Origin: Lytechinus pictus
Lineage: Eukaryota
Assembly: GCF_037042905.1 (NCBI RefSeq)
Contig: NC_087245.1
Span: forward strand, 2,792,001-2,856,000
Length of the DNA stretch: 64,000 nt
Direction of reading: 5' to 3'
Both the position numbers and the translations under genes were made by a program. The first letter of the stretch is position 1, and each line of letters begins with the position of its first letter. The notes under the pieces were generated by a model that did not search any database, had not been told where the DNA came from, and saw only the letters and a program-made list of their open reading frames with translations. Positions 37,909-51,132 of this stretch are shown here, piece by piece.

Positions 37909-39825
37909 GGTCTCACAGGCCTAATTCATTCCCCATAGACTCGTGTGTTAAATTGGCACTTTAAAAAATTCATAAAAAATAAGGATGAAATTCGGGGGTC
38001 GACTGTTTACTACCAGTGGATAGGATATATATCTGGCAATCCATATCTGACCAGAAAAGGGTCCCTCGACCGGCTCATTTTAAAAATAAATTGGCGTGTT
38101 TGAAGACACCGTCGGGGGGAGCAGATTCATCACCTCAAACAGCAAAATAGCCCTAATCCTTCCGCCAGTCAAAATATAGTCCAAAATTGGTGATATTTCT
38201 TCCCAATTTGGGAAAAGCAAGTTCAGTAATTACCAAAAATAGAATCAGTGTTAGATGGACAATCATATGCATACACTTTGTCAATCAGCCATATCAAAAT
38301 AAAAAAAAATAGCAATGGGTTGGCTCGAATGAATATATCTTGCTTTCCCAATGTTAATAGGCCCGTGAGGCCTGTAATGTATGGCACATGAATGTTTCTT
38401 TTTAATTTACCTTCCTGGCTCTTCTTTAACATCTGTACACTCACTTTATCACAAAGAAATGCATGAAATATACAGATGTGTTATGTAATGACCAATTCTA
38501 ATGTTACTCCTAATGTCTAGTGCCCTATGGATTTACACACATCCTACCTGCCTATATGTAGCTCAACAATGGATGCAATGTAGGGCCCAAATCCTATAGT
38601 ACAAATTGTAGATATGAATAGTGTGCATATCTGGATGCAAGATCTGCCCACAATATAAATACCAGATTCACATGAGTTAAATTAGATAACAATAAAAAGA
38701 AATGAGAATCAACATACAAGCATACTATACATTCACATCTTCCTATGACAAGGGCCCAAGGGGTGTAAGAGAGAGAGACAGGGAGAGAGGGGGTTAGATG
38801 GCTTGTATTCTAAATGGATGGGGGCTAGTCTGGCTAGAAGTCAGTAAAAGTTGAACAAGATAGCAGTAGCACTCATTCTCAGCCCCCCCCCACATACTAA
38901 CTATGCTTTTCTCTAACACCCCCCTCCCTCTTGAATCCACCACTCTTCAGTCAAATTCTTAAGTTTTCTCTTCTCCTTCCCTTCCCCATGGACCAATTTC
39001 ACAAGTGCAATTGATGCAAGGCCTATCTAATGTGTACTATATCTTGTGATGGGTGCTATACACGATTTACAGCAGCACTCGTCGGTATACGAAAACACAC
39101 GACAACATGTAACGCAGAGACAAACACCCAGTCTACACAGCCTAGCCTAGGCCCTAGGTACACAAACACAGAGTTACTAATACAAATTTGTTACCTGTTA
39201 TACCCCCTATGTAGCCTTGTATATAGCCATGAAGTTGAGTTTTGGGACCTCTTGATGATTGAAACATGTATACTAGTGAAAGCAATCTGCTACTGAAGAG
39301 TTTGGGCAGGTATTTCATCCACTAGGGAATTCCCCTTGTAATAGGCTATGGTCAAGGTTAGAGGTCTCACAGGCCTAATTCATTCCCCATAGACTCGTGT
39401 GTTAAATTGGCACTTTAAAAAATTCATAAAAAATAAGGATGAAATTCGGGGGTCGACTGTTTACTACCAGTGGATAGGATATATATCTGGCAATCCATAT
39501 CTGACCAGAAAAGGGTCCCTCGACCGGCTCATTTTAAAAATAAATTGGCGTGTTTGAAGACACCGTCGGGGGGAGCAGATTCATCACCTCAAACAGCAAA
39601 ATAGCCCTAATCCTTCCGCCAGTCAAAATATAGTCCAAAATTGGTGATATTTCTTCCCAATTTGGGAAAAGCAAGTTCAGTAATTACCAAAAATAGAATC
39701 AGTGTTAGATGGACAATCATATGCATACACTTTGTCAATCAGCCATATCAAAATAAAAAAAATAGCAATGGGTTGGCTCGAATGAATATATCTTGCTTTC
39801 CCAATGTTAATAGGCCCGTGAGGCC
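37909..39825. mobile_element. Non-coding element with long terminal direct repeats (KolobokP-like), copy 2, opposite orientation to copy 1
   Basis: Direct repeats 37909-38372 and 39363-39825 are near-identical, differing in the length of one A-run. TIRs are GGTCTCACAGGCCTAAT / ATAGGCCCGTGAGGCC. Both the repeat and the spacer are homologous to the reverse complement of copy 1. Confidence 0.75.
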
Positions 39826-41327
39826 CACACAGTATTGACGGAGTCAATGGATAATTGTTTCATCGAATATAATTTGCATTAATTTAGATTTAGGCAGGCT
39901 TTAAAGTGCTCATTTCTCAGGGCCGGCGAAATATTTGTGCCGTGTCTCCCTTATATTAAAAAAATGCGGCGATAACACATAAATTAATTTTCAAACTATT
40001 TTTAATTCTTGAAGGACAAAATTGAATAAAAAAAATTTCAGACAATAAAACACAAAATAGCAAGCGGGGATGTGACATTACTGATTTTATCATCGAATTT
40101 TCAACGAAACAGTGCAAATCTTTAAAATATCATAATTTGTTATTCCTTGTCGGAGTTTGATCACATTTTTTGTCTGATTTTTCGTTATCTGTCTAAATCA
40201 TAATAATACCCCTTAAAGATGAAAAATTATGAAATGTGTTAGAAAGTCGAAAGCGAAAGTAAAGAATTAGAATTAAAAAAAGAATACTTATTAACTATTA
40301 CCCTTCCTCTTTAGTTTAACATTTATTCATTTTTCATTTTACCTTTTTCTTCCATCGTCCTTAAAGTAGGGGAGGGAGCAGCACCTCTCGACATCCTTGA
40401 TTTTGATATGACTTGTTTTTCATGAAATAAAAATAACTAATTAACTCGACTTCAACTATAGTAGTTAGTCCTTGATGTGTGGAGCAATAGAGCAATAATA
40501 GAGCACTTAAGGATAATGAATATGGTATTTACTGCTATTATGCTGCAATTGTGTCCGCTTTCAATCACGGACGATCAACCATAGTCTGTCAATATGCGAT
40601 GTTAATAATAATAGGAAATGAAGTTTCCCATCTCGTCATGTTCATTATGTGATTTTGAAGCACGATCGCGTGATGAATCCGTTGAATAAAATACAATAGC
40701 ACATCCATGGTAACAAAAATCACACTTATAATTATGTATCGTAGGTTTGAGATGATACCATTTCACATGTTAAAGTTAAATCACAAAAAAACTAAAGTTA
40801 AGTCCTGCTTTAAATATTGATGAAGGAAACTTCCTATGTAATGTTTTGCACGGTGAATTATTAGTTAAATCTAAAAATAGATATTAATTATACGAAATTG
40901 ATGATGTAATTCGTTCCTACTAACATGAACATGACACTTGGCAATTAATAGAGATCAAGAAGATTTACCTATTGATTATCAAAGTAGACGGCTGAGATAT
41001 AGCGTAATATTTCCAAATAGATTTCAATTATAAGACATCACGTTTACATCTATTGAAAATATTTATCCAAACAAATTACATAAAAATGACGATCTAGTCG
41101 AGGGAATAATGGATAAGTCTCAGACTTCTTGATGTCTGATGGTCAATGGAGCCATCCATTATCTCAAGGGGAAAATACAGATACAGAGGGACTGAAACTT
41201 TGGGATTCTTCACCACAGTGTAGGCTGCTTTCATATTCACACTGTAGACCCCTTTCTTATACATAACAAAAATCAGTTCTGTCATTATCCCGGTTGGCAA
41301 GAAATGAGAGGTGTTTTAACTCAGTGG

Positions 41328-41550
41328 ATAAGTCTCCGGACTTTGAACCACAAGATCCGGGGTTCAAATCCCAACGCAGCACTAGCGTCCTTTGGCAAGA
41401 AGTTTATCTACATTTGCCACTCTCCACCCACCCGGTAGGAAGCAATTCCTTGAATGTTCGAGCATCCGACCAGGATAGCCGTGCTAAAGTCGGGGTAATA
41501 GTATGCAGCGCTTAGAAACATTTGTATCAAGCGCTATATCAATGTTGCTT
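41328..41550 (+). mobile_element. tRNA-derived SINE
   Basis: A-box-like TAACTCAGTGG, B-box GGTTCAAATCC, central GTCCTTTGGCAAG...CCACTCTCCACCCA and a LINE-like tail GCGCTTAG...AAGCGCTATAT. Confidence 0.75.
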
Positions 41551-43017
41551 AAAAGGAGGAGCGAAAGTTGTCTAAACTACACCACATTATTCGGCTCACT
41601 CATAGTCTCTGCTGATAGGAAATTCCAGTTAAATTATAATATGCCTACTGTTTACCAAAGCCCTTAAGTTTTGACCGTCTTTTGATGATTGTGATACCCT
41701 GACAGGTGACTGAAATTAGTTGATGGAGATGATCACTTTACAATAGATGAGGAGGGGCTTGGTGGCAGTAATAATTTTGACCCCGAAGTCTCACGAACAA
41801 GAACAAAAAAAGAGAAAAGGAAAGAAAATGAAAGGGAAAATGGTGAATGATATTGTTTTCGGAATAGTATGTCAAAATTTATAATAAAACCAGACATTCC
41901 CCATTTTAAAAAGTTTGTTCGTTCCCAAGTTTTTAGAGGTTTTGCCCCATTTGGCCCCTAAATATTTTTGGCTCATAACCCCACCGATGATATTGATATT
42001 GATGATGATGATAGTGGTGATGATGATGACAATGTTGATGATTATCATTACGATGGTGATGCTGGCGATTGTGGTGATCTCTAGGTCTTTTGTGTTGTAA
42101 TGTCTGCTACAAATTTAAAGGCACAAACTTTTGCACATCTTTTTTTTTTTTTTGGGGGGGGGAGGGCTTACCTATTATTCTAATGCAGTTGCTCCACTTA
42201 GATTCTTATACTTTTAAATTTTTCTATTAATTTTTCGTATGTTTTTTCCTAGTTCCTCTCCTTGGAAGGCATGGTGGGACACTTTGGAAACTTTCTGAAA
42301 TGAAATATCTTTTGTAAAATATCATGATGAGTGTGACAAGCCGCTAATTGTTTACTCAATGTATAGTCCCCCTGTGGCCGCCGTGAGAGCGCCTTGCAGC
42401 AACCTTGCGTCTGCCGTAGTATTTTTCCGAAAATCTACGCCCGCCGCAGGGTCGCCTTTTTCGGCGACCGAAAATTTTAGAATCTACGGCGGCCGCAGCA
42501 AGTGTTACTGAGGAGGTATTAATGTGTTCTCATTTTGTTTAAATTACATTTTACATATTAAATCTGACGATGAACTATAAAGTAGCCTGCATGTAATTCT
42601 ATCCTTACCAACATGAAAAGTCCCAAATTACCGAATAAACCATCCAAAGTCAGGGAATGATTGATATGTCTCTGGTCGATCAGTCTTCCAATCATTTCTC
42701 TAATTACACACTAAAAATTATTTTTTGTTGTTTGCCCAAGCCTTGCCCGGAGTTCAAATTACTGTTTACACTGTTGTTATTCATTGAAAGTTTTGTCACG
42801 CGATGGAGCTTCAACCTCCAAACTTCATTTAACTGACAGAAATTCAAGTGAATACTTGACGATCAACTCTGGTATTGCTTGGTATGGCAATTTACCGTAA
42901 ACATTTTTTTCCTCATTTTTTCATTGGGCATGGGTTACTGATGATATACCATTTCTCGAGCAGAGCTGATGAAGAATGAAGCTGAATAACTAAACTACAA
43001 TAACTTTCTAAATAATT

Positions 43018-44160
43018 ATGTTACCGTCAACTCCAAACTTATTTAATAAAAGTGGTATGACTGTATCATCGAATACAGACCTTCTTTGGTCTAGCTTTCA
43101 GGACAATGTTTCAGACGATACAACACAAGTTCCCGAGATCCCTGAAAACCTGCCGATGTGGTTACAGATCATTATTTATATCCTATTTGGCATCCTTTTA
43201 ACCCTCAGTTTCATCGGTTTAACTGCCCTCATCTTCGCCTCGTACAAAATGAAAGACTCATGGACCCCGACACACAGTATAGTTTTATCAGCGGCTTTAA
43301 GCCAGCTTTTCATGGACATTACTGTTCTGGCTTGTCTTCCATTTCTCACTGATGTATGTGAATTCAAAACGCAAATTGGAATCAAGGTATGCATCGTGGT
43401 GATGATATTCAATGCATGTAATACACTTTCTCATACAACAATTTTCTCGACCGACACGTTTCTTAAAATCCGTTGTCCATTCTTATATGGCCGGGTGGCA
43501 CGGTCATGGAAAGCCAATGGCGCATTGGCAGCCACCTGGATCTTAAGTGCTATAATCGGCTGCTGCATGTTGCTCTGGATTACTTTCCCACAAGGTGAGG
43601 ATATGCATTGCCTTCTATACGCCGGCAACTTTATCTTGAATAAAGAAGGTGTCATCATCATTACGAACGTGCCATGTATTGCTATGGTCATCATTGTAGT
43701 GGTGGAAGAGGTGATTATTATGAGGATAGCGAGAAAGCAAGCTTTGCAGATCCAAAACCAAACCCGTTCGTTGGAACGACCTCAAGAAGACACGATAGGA
43801 TCTAATAAAGATGTGAAACAACCTCGTATAGCTTCGCAAATGCGAAGACGTATACAGAAACAAGTGGGGCCATTATCTCGCCAAACTGTCATTTCCTTTC
43901 TCGCATTCTTGTGGTCTTTAATCTTATGTTGGAGTTTCTTAGTCCTTACATTCGATCTATATATACTGAAAGGTCCAGATTACACTTATTATGTAGTCTT
44001 TGCTTTCATACTTACACTCAATATTACCGGATTCGGTTTGATTGCATATTCCTCCAAAATATCGGATTACAGAGTAGTCTTACAAAAGTTGAGGACCGGT
44101 TTTTTGATTGCCATGAACAGTCACCGATTACTTTTTAAGTCAAGTAACGAAATTATGTAA
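43018..44160 (+). CDS. Single-exon class A GPCR, 380 aa
   Basis: N-terminal N-glycosylation sequons (NKS, NVS), seven hydrophobic segments, DTF...CPFLY, ARKQA, CWSF and GLIAY. Confidence 0.9.
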   Translation: MLPSTPNLFNKSGMTVSSNTDLLWSSFQDNVSDDTTQVPEIPENLPMWLQIIIYILFGILLTLSFIGLTALIFASYKMKDSWTPTHSIVLSAALSQLFMDITVLACLPFLTDVCEFKTQIGIKVCIVVMIFNACNTLSHTTIFSTDTFLKIRCPFLYGRVARSWKANGALAATWILSAIIGCCMLLWITFPQGEDMHCLLYAGNFILNKEGVIIITNVPCIAMVIIVVVEEVIIMRIARKQALQIQNQTRSLERPQEDTIGSNKDVKQPRIASQMRRRIQKQVGPLSRQTVISFLAFLWSLILCWSFLVLTFDLYILKGPDYTYYVVFAFILTLNITGFGLIAYSSKISDYRVVLQKLRTGFLIAMNSHRLLFKSSNEIM

Positions 44161-45897
44161 TTGTTTAATTTGGGTTGGTTTGGCAAGTTGGTCATGTTGG
44201 TGGAAATATGGCCTAACGATAATGCCAAACCATTAAAAAAAACATGTCTCATGTGTGTGTCATGCAAATGCACGTCTAATGCTCATTTTAAAATCTGAAA
44301 ACCAACTGAACCACATCTCAAGAATTCGGGCCTTGGCTTGAAACCTGATCTTTTTCAAGTGAACTAAAATAAAAGTTGTGTTAATGTTGACGATGTCAAA
44401 GAGATTCTTTAAAAGAAATGTACGTTGTATTGTTTGAGGCATATGCTGCTTGCATATCTCACTCTTCTTACTTCTTTATCAATTTTCAAATTCTCCTCCC
44501 CTTCTCTTTTTCTTCCTACGTAATTACGGTGTCAAAAATCAAACACCATAATAAATTACAACGCTTGACCAACATTGTAAAACCTGGGTATAACAAATCG
44601 ACGTTTAAACATCGGTCATTCCCGACCTTTCGTTGGAGAATGCGAACGCTTATTTACGACGTTAGTTAATTTTGTAAGAGACTTTTGGGCCCGTCGTCAC
44701 GGTCGTAAAACTCTGTCCTGCAATGCAAATTGTGTGACATGAGATTTTTTTCGTTTCGCATCAGCAACGGAAACATTCAATATGCGTTTCGTGTGCAAAA
44801 TTCTGGTTGCTACTATGGTAACAGCGATATATCCGATCTAGGACGACTTTCCAAAGCCACATTTGGTTCCTCCCAGAGCTCGAGAGGCCGCCCGGCGGGC
44901 CCACTTCCATTGAAGAGTGGATACCAGGCGCGACCACATGTAAAAAACCTGAATCATTTGTTGTAATTGGATGATAATTAATAAATTCAAATTCAAATTG
45001 TTTTATTCTCTCAGTAAAACCTTACATAAAAAACAAATATAATACAAAATTGAAATACAGTATTACAAATAGGTGAACAAGACAGCCTAAAAATTGCATT
45101 ATGGTTCAGAATAAGTGTATAGGCCCACTCACTGTTGGATAAAATGTAAAGATGATCAATATCGAGTATGTTTGTGCTGTCAAATTCCTGCGAATAATAC
45201 TGGTTGATTCTTGTGTTGATGGATTCATTGTAGAGAAGATGATCATAATTTTCGATGTTTTAATAAAATCTTCAAACTTGTAAAATACTCTTATTCCATT
45301 TGTCTTTTCCCCTATCTGAAAGAACAAGAGAAGGAAGAGACTATCACTAATTGTCAGTTGATTTATAGATTAACCATGGAGGGAGAGAGAGAGAGAGCAG
45401 GTAGTATGAGCGGGACGGGAGAGATTCTTTACCTACCACCTATGACGACAAAATAAATGTCGTGACAACAGTTGATGTCCCATGCATGTAACCAAATCTT
45501 TTAAACCATTTTAATAATAACAATAATGCTGATGATACTACTATTACTAAGCGGGGTGCTGAGGGTGGTATGGTATGCAAAGTGGGAAAATATAGGGAGA
45601 ATTATCCACATTTTGTAGTGAACCCCTTTTTTTTCTTGTCAAATTTGTTATTTGTCTGTTTCCTAAGTTGATATTTGTAAGCAGTGCTACATGTGGGGGT
45701 GATATGCTTCCGAGCAACAGCTATTTATTATGCTTTGATCATCCCTGACTAGCATGTAGCGCTGCTCCATTTGTTTTTACCATGTATAATGTCATCTATG
45801 GTTGTATCATGATTTGGTCAAATAAATAATAATAATTTGGGGCTTGTCAAATTTACTTCAGCACCCCCAGCAAAAAAAAATCCTTCACATGGCCCTG

Positions 45898-45929
<32 letters not shown>

Positions 45930-46313
45930 TTAGTACTACTACTACTAATGCTACTACTACTAGTACTACTACTACAATTACTACTCCTCCTAATAACAAT
46001 AATAATTAATATGAATAATGATAATTAATAAATAATATAATATATAAATAATATATATATATATATGTATGTATATATATGTAAATATATATACATGAAT
46101 ATATATGTATATATATCATTTATTTATATATACGTATAAATATATATATATATAAATGTGAGAAATCATACATGTAAAACAGCATTGCAACTCTCGTATT
46201 AATTTAAACATGCTGTGAAAGAAATGAATTAAGAGAACAATGGTAGGCGTAGCTTAAATCAACGTTCCCCAGAGCTATCTACCCTTTGGAAAAAATTGGT
46301 GATGCCGAAAAAA

Positions 46314-46385
46314 TGTCTCTGCCTGGAATCGAGTCCGGACCTCCAGCTTTGAACGCCGGTGGATTAACCACTAGACCACAGAGAC
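46314..46385 (-). other. tRNA-like cassette inside a (TA)n-adjacent repeat (pseudo-tRNA; copies at 50536-50607 and 54748-54819)
   Basis: The minus strand reads GTCTCTG-TGGTCTAGTGGTTAATCCA-CCGGC-GTTCAAA-GCTGG-AGGT-CCGGACTCGATTCCAGG-CAGAGAC-A-TTTTTT. It has a perfect 7-bp acceptor stem, an A-box and a Pol III terminator; the D and T arms are damaged. Confidence 0.7.
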
Positions 46386-46479
46386 GGGTTAGTGGCTAGG
46401 GCGATCCCGATCCGATTGACCGTCAGATAAACAGATTTCGACACCACCAATTAAATTTCCTTCTTCGGGTGTAGGTGAG

Positions 46480-46910
46480 CGAGAAAGCAAGCTATGCAGA
46501 TCCAAAACCAAACCCGTTCGTTGGAACGACCTCAAGAAGACACGATAGGATCTAATAAAGATGTGGAACAACCTCGTATAGCTTCGCAAATGCGAAGACG
46601 TATACAGAAACAAGTGGGGCCATTATCTCGCCAAACCGTCATTTCCTTTCTCGCATTCTTGTGGTCTTTAATCTTATGTTGGAGTTTCTTAGTCCTTACA
46701 TTCGATCTATATATACTGAAAGGTCCAGATTACACTTATTATGTAGTCTTTGCTTTCATACTTACACTCAATATTACCGGATTCGGTTTGATTGCATATT
46801 CCTCCAAAATATCGGATTACAGAGTAGTCTTACAAAAGTTGAGGACCGGTTTTTTGATTGCCATGAACAGTCACCGATTACTTTTTAAGTCAAGTAACGA
46901 AATTATGTAA
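46480..46910 (+). pseudogene. 3'-half duplicate of the 380-aa GPCR (ICL3-TM6-TM7-tail; ORF 46494-46910)
   Basis: Near-identical to 43730-44160. A TTG>ATG change creates a start codon, and there is a K>E substitution. Confidence 0.85.
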
Positions 46911-47641
46911 TTGTTTAATTTGGGTTGGTTTGGCAAGTTGGTCATGTTGGTGGAAATATGGCCTAACGATAATGCCAAACCATTAAAAAAAAACATGTTT
47001 CATGTGTGTGTCATGCAAATGCACGTCTAATGCTCATTTTAAAATCTGAAAACCAACTGAACCACATCTCAAGAATTCGGGCCTTGGCTTGAAACCTGAT
47101 CTTTTTCAAGTGAACTAAAATAAAAGTTGTGTTAATGTTGACGATGTCAAAGAGATTCTTTAAAAGAAATGTACGTTGTATTGTTTGAGGCATATGCTGC
47201 TTGCATATCTCACTCTTCTTACTTCTTTATCAATTTTCAAATTCTCCTCCCCTTCTCTTTTTCTTCCTACGTAATTACGGTGTCAAAAATCAAACACCAT
47301 AATAAATTACAACGCTTGACCAACATTGTAAAACCTGGGTATAACAAATCGACGTTTAAACATCGGTCATTCCCGACCTTTCGTTGGAGAATGCGAACGC
47401 TTATTTACGACGTTAGTTGATTTTGGAAGAGACTTTTGGGCCCGTCGTCATGGTCGTAAAACTCTGTCCTGCAATGCAAATTGTGTGACATGAGATTTTT
47501 TTCGTTTCGCATCAGCAACGGAAACATTCAATATGCGTTTCGTGTGCAAAATTCTGGTTGCTACTATGGTAACAGCGATATATCCGATCTAGGACGACTT
47601 TCCAAAGCCACATTTGGTTCCTCCCAGAGCTCGAGAGGCCG

Positions 47642-47943
47642 CCCGGGGGGCCCACTTCCATTGAAGAGTGGATACCAGGCGCGACCACATGTAAAAAGGG
47701 AAAGAGTGGGCAAGTACGTTACGTATAGGCCTATGTAACGTTATAAGGGTGTCAAAAACGATGTTTAAAGATACTGAAAAGGAGGATATGTTTTCAATAC
47801 TTGTAGGGTTTCACAAGCTAAATACTTGTTAAGAGATGCATTTTCATAATCTAGAAAAGCCTTGCTTCCCTTGTTTAGGGTGCTTTGCGAAACCCCATGG
47901 TCGTGCCTGGTATCCACTCATCAATGGAAGTGGTCCCCCCGGG
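47642..47943. mobile_element. MITE (second copy at 51864-52165; truncated copy from ~44891)
   Basis: ~45-bp TIRs CCCGGGGGGCCCACTTCCATTGAAGAGTGGATACCAGGC...GCCTGGTATCCACTCATCAATGGAAGTGGTCCCCCCGGG. Confidence 0.85.
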
Positions 47944-50011
47944 AATTCGAATCTAATCCCCATTTCTGGGGAAAGTAAAACATAAAGCCCATTACATTAT
48001 TGTGTGCTAGAGGCATATCGTTTGTGTAGGCGTAAACAAAAGAAAAAACGTCAGACGTATACATGCTGTGTACATAATCAACGCATGCGAAATGGTTTCG
48101 GCTGGAGAGGTGATTTGACCCATGGAATCAATTGCCAGAGATCCACCAATAATCCACATTAAATGCAATATCGATTCGATGGACTGTAATGATCTATATC
48201 TAAGCCTTAATTCAGTAACTTTTTCCTCACTCAATATGTACTCGATTTGTTTGAAAAACCACTTTCTTATCCATGTCATAATCTATCGTAGGTCCTGCAT
48301 TTCGAATATCTCCAGCCATCAGTCGTAATGTACATGCATGTATGGTGCGGGTGTCGCGGGAAAGAATTTTGCACACGAAAAGCAGATCTGTAGGGCCTGT
48401 AACCCCCCTGTAACACAAAGCTTAGCATTGATTGTAGAGCAGTTTTCTACGTTTGATTCTATTGACTATAATGTAAAATCAATCTTAAAAATCAAGTGTA
48501 TGATTAGGCGTTAACTTTTGTGTTAGGGGACCCTAATATTAGCGTCCGTGATGATTGCGAAAGGTGGCTATTAACTGACAACGCAATCGTCACATTATAT
48601 TGAAATATCAAGTTGGTTCACATGATACCATCTCTTATTGCTTCAGACAAAATTGCCGTTTTCAACTACAGTTTTGGTTAGTAGATTCATACAATTAGCT
48701 TGCCCAAGAGGGGTTGCTTTGATGAGCTCCATCAATAGCTAAGTCGGAAAGATAGGGGGCCTTTGTAAAGCAGTTTTATCTTGAGAGGAGGCTATTGGTG
48801 CGGTAGTCAAAACGGAATCATTAATAATAACGTTACAGTGTAACTATCTATTATTGCTACTTTAAAAGGTTTTTGAAGCCATGTGCTTATTAATCAACGA
48901 GTATGGTTTCACAACCAAATACAAGACAAAGGTCTTTATATACTGTTTCCAACATTACATGACATGAACTATGCAGTAAAGTGGCCATTAATATTGTCCC
49001 AGTAGGATGAAAACAAATGAATTCTCCTTTTAAGGATGACTGCCTAAAAACCTGAATTATTTGTTGTAATTGGATGATAATTAATAAATTCAAATTCAAA
49101 TTGTTTTATTCTCTCAGTAAAACCTTACATAAAACAAATACAATACAAAATTAAAATACAGTATTACAAATCGGTGAACAAGACAGCCTAAAAATTGCAT
49201 TATGGTTCAGAATAAGTGTATAGAGACTATAGACCCACTCACTGTTGGATAAAATGTAAAGAGGATCAATATCGAGTATGTTTGTGCTGTCAAATTCCTG
49301 CGAATAATACTGGTTGATTCTTGTGTTGATGGATTCATTGTAGAGAAGATGATCATAATTTTCGATGTTTTAATAAAATCTTCAAACTTGTAAAATACTC
49401 TTATTCCATTTGTCTTTTCCCCTATCTGAAAGAACAAGAGAAGGAAGAGACTATCACTAATTGTCAGTTGGTTTATAGATTAACCATGGAGGGAGAGAGA
49501 GAGAGCAGGTAGTATGAGCGGGGCGGGAGAGATTCTTTACCAACCACCTATGACGACAAAATAAATGTCGTGACAACAGTTGATGTCCCATGCATGTAAC
49601 CAAATCTTTTAAACCATTTTTAATAATAACAATAATGCTGATGATACTACAGTACTATTACTAAGCGGGGTGCTGAGGGTGGTATGGTATGCAAAGTGGG
49701 AAAATATAAGGAGAATTATCCACATTTTGTAGTGAACCCCTTTTTTTTCTTGTCAAATTTGTTATTTGTCTGTTTCCTAAGTTGATATTTGTCAGCAGTG
49801 CTACATGTGGGAGTGATATGCTTCCGAGCAACAGCTATTCATTATGCTTTGATCATCCCTGACTAGCATGTAGCGCTGCTCCATTTGTTTTTACCATGTA
49901 TAATGTCATCTATGGTTGTATCATGATTTGGTCAAATAAATAATAATAATTTGGGGCTTGTCAAATTTACTTCAGCACCCCCAGCAAAAAAAAATCCTTC
50001 CCATGGCCCTG

Positions 50012-50049
<38 letters not shown>

Positions 50050-50083
50050 TTAGTACTACTTCTACTAATGCTACTTCTACTAG

Positions 50084-50121
<38 letters not shown>

Positions 50122-50304
50122 GTACTACTACTACTACTACTACTACTACAATTACTACTCCTCCTAATAACAATAATAATTAATATGAATAATGATAATT
50201 AATAAATAATATAATATATAAATAATATATATATATATGTATGTATATATATATATAAATATATATATACATGAATACATATGTATATATATCATTTATT
50301 TATA

Positions 50305-50379
<75 letters not shown>

Positions 50380-50701
50380 GTGAGAAATCATACATGTAAA
50401 ACAGCATTGCAACTCTCGTATTAATTTAAACATGCTGTGAAAGAAATGAATTAAGAGAACAATGGTAGGCGTAGCTTAAATCAACGTTCCCCAGAGCTAT
50501 CTACCCTTTGGAAAAAATTGGTGATGCCGAAAAAATGTCTCTGCCTGGAATCGAGTCCGGACCTCCAGCTTTGAACGCCGGTGGATTAACCACTAGACCA
50601 CAGAGACGGGTTAGTGGCTAGGGCGATCCCGATCCGATTGACCGTCAGATAAACAGATTTCGACACCACCAATTAAATTTCCTTCTTCGGGTGTAGGTGA
50701 G

Positions 50702-51132
50702 CGAGAAAGCAAGCTATGCAGATCCAAAACCAAACCCGTTCGTTGGAACGACCTCAAGAAGACACGATAGGATCTAATAAAGATGTGGAACAACCTCGTA
50801 TAGCTTCGCAAATGCGAAGACGTATACAGAAACAAGTGGGGCCATTATCTCGCCAAACCGTCATTTCCTTTCTCGCATTCTTGTGGTCTTTAATCTTATG
50901 TTGGAGTTTCTTAGTCCTTACATTCGATCTATATATACTGAAAGGTCCAGATTACACTTATTATGTAGTCTTTGCTTTCATACTTACACTCAATATTACC
51001 GGATTCGGTTTGATTGCATATTCCTCCAAAATATCGGATTACAGAGTAGTCTTACAAAAGTTGAGGACCGGTTTTTTGATTGCCATGAACAGTCACCGAT
51101 TACTTTTTAAGTCAAGTAACGAAATTATGTAA
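50702..51132 (+). pseudogene. Second 3'-half GPCR duplicate (ORF 50716-51132)
   Basis: Translation identical to 46494-46910. Confidence 0.85.

Noticed and set aside
46314..46385. Bona fide tRNA-Sec gene
   Set aside because: It lacks the long variable arm and extended acceptor and D stems of tRNA-Sec, has damaged D and T arms, and lies within a dispersed repeat.
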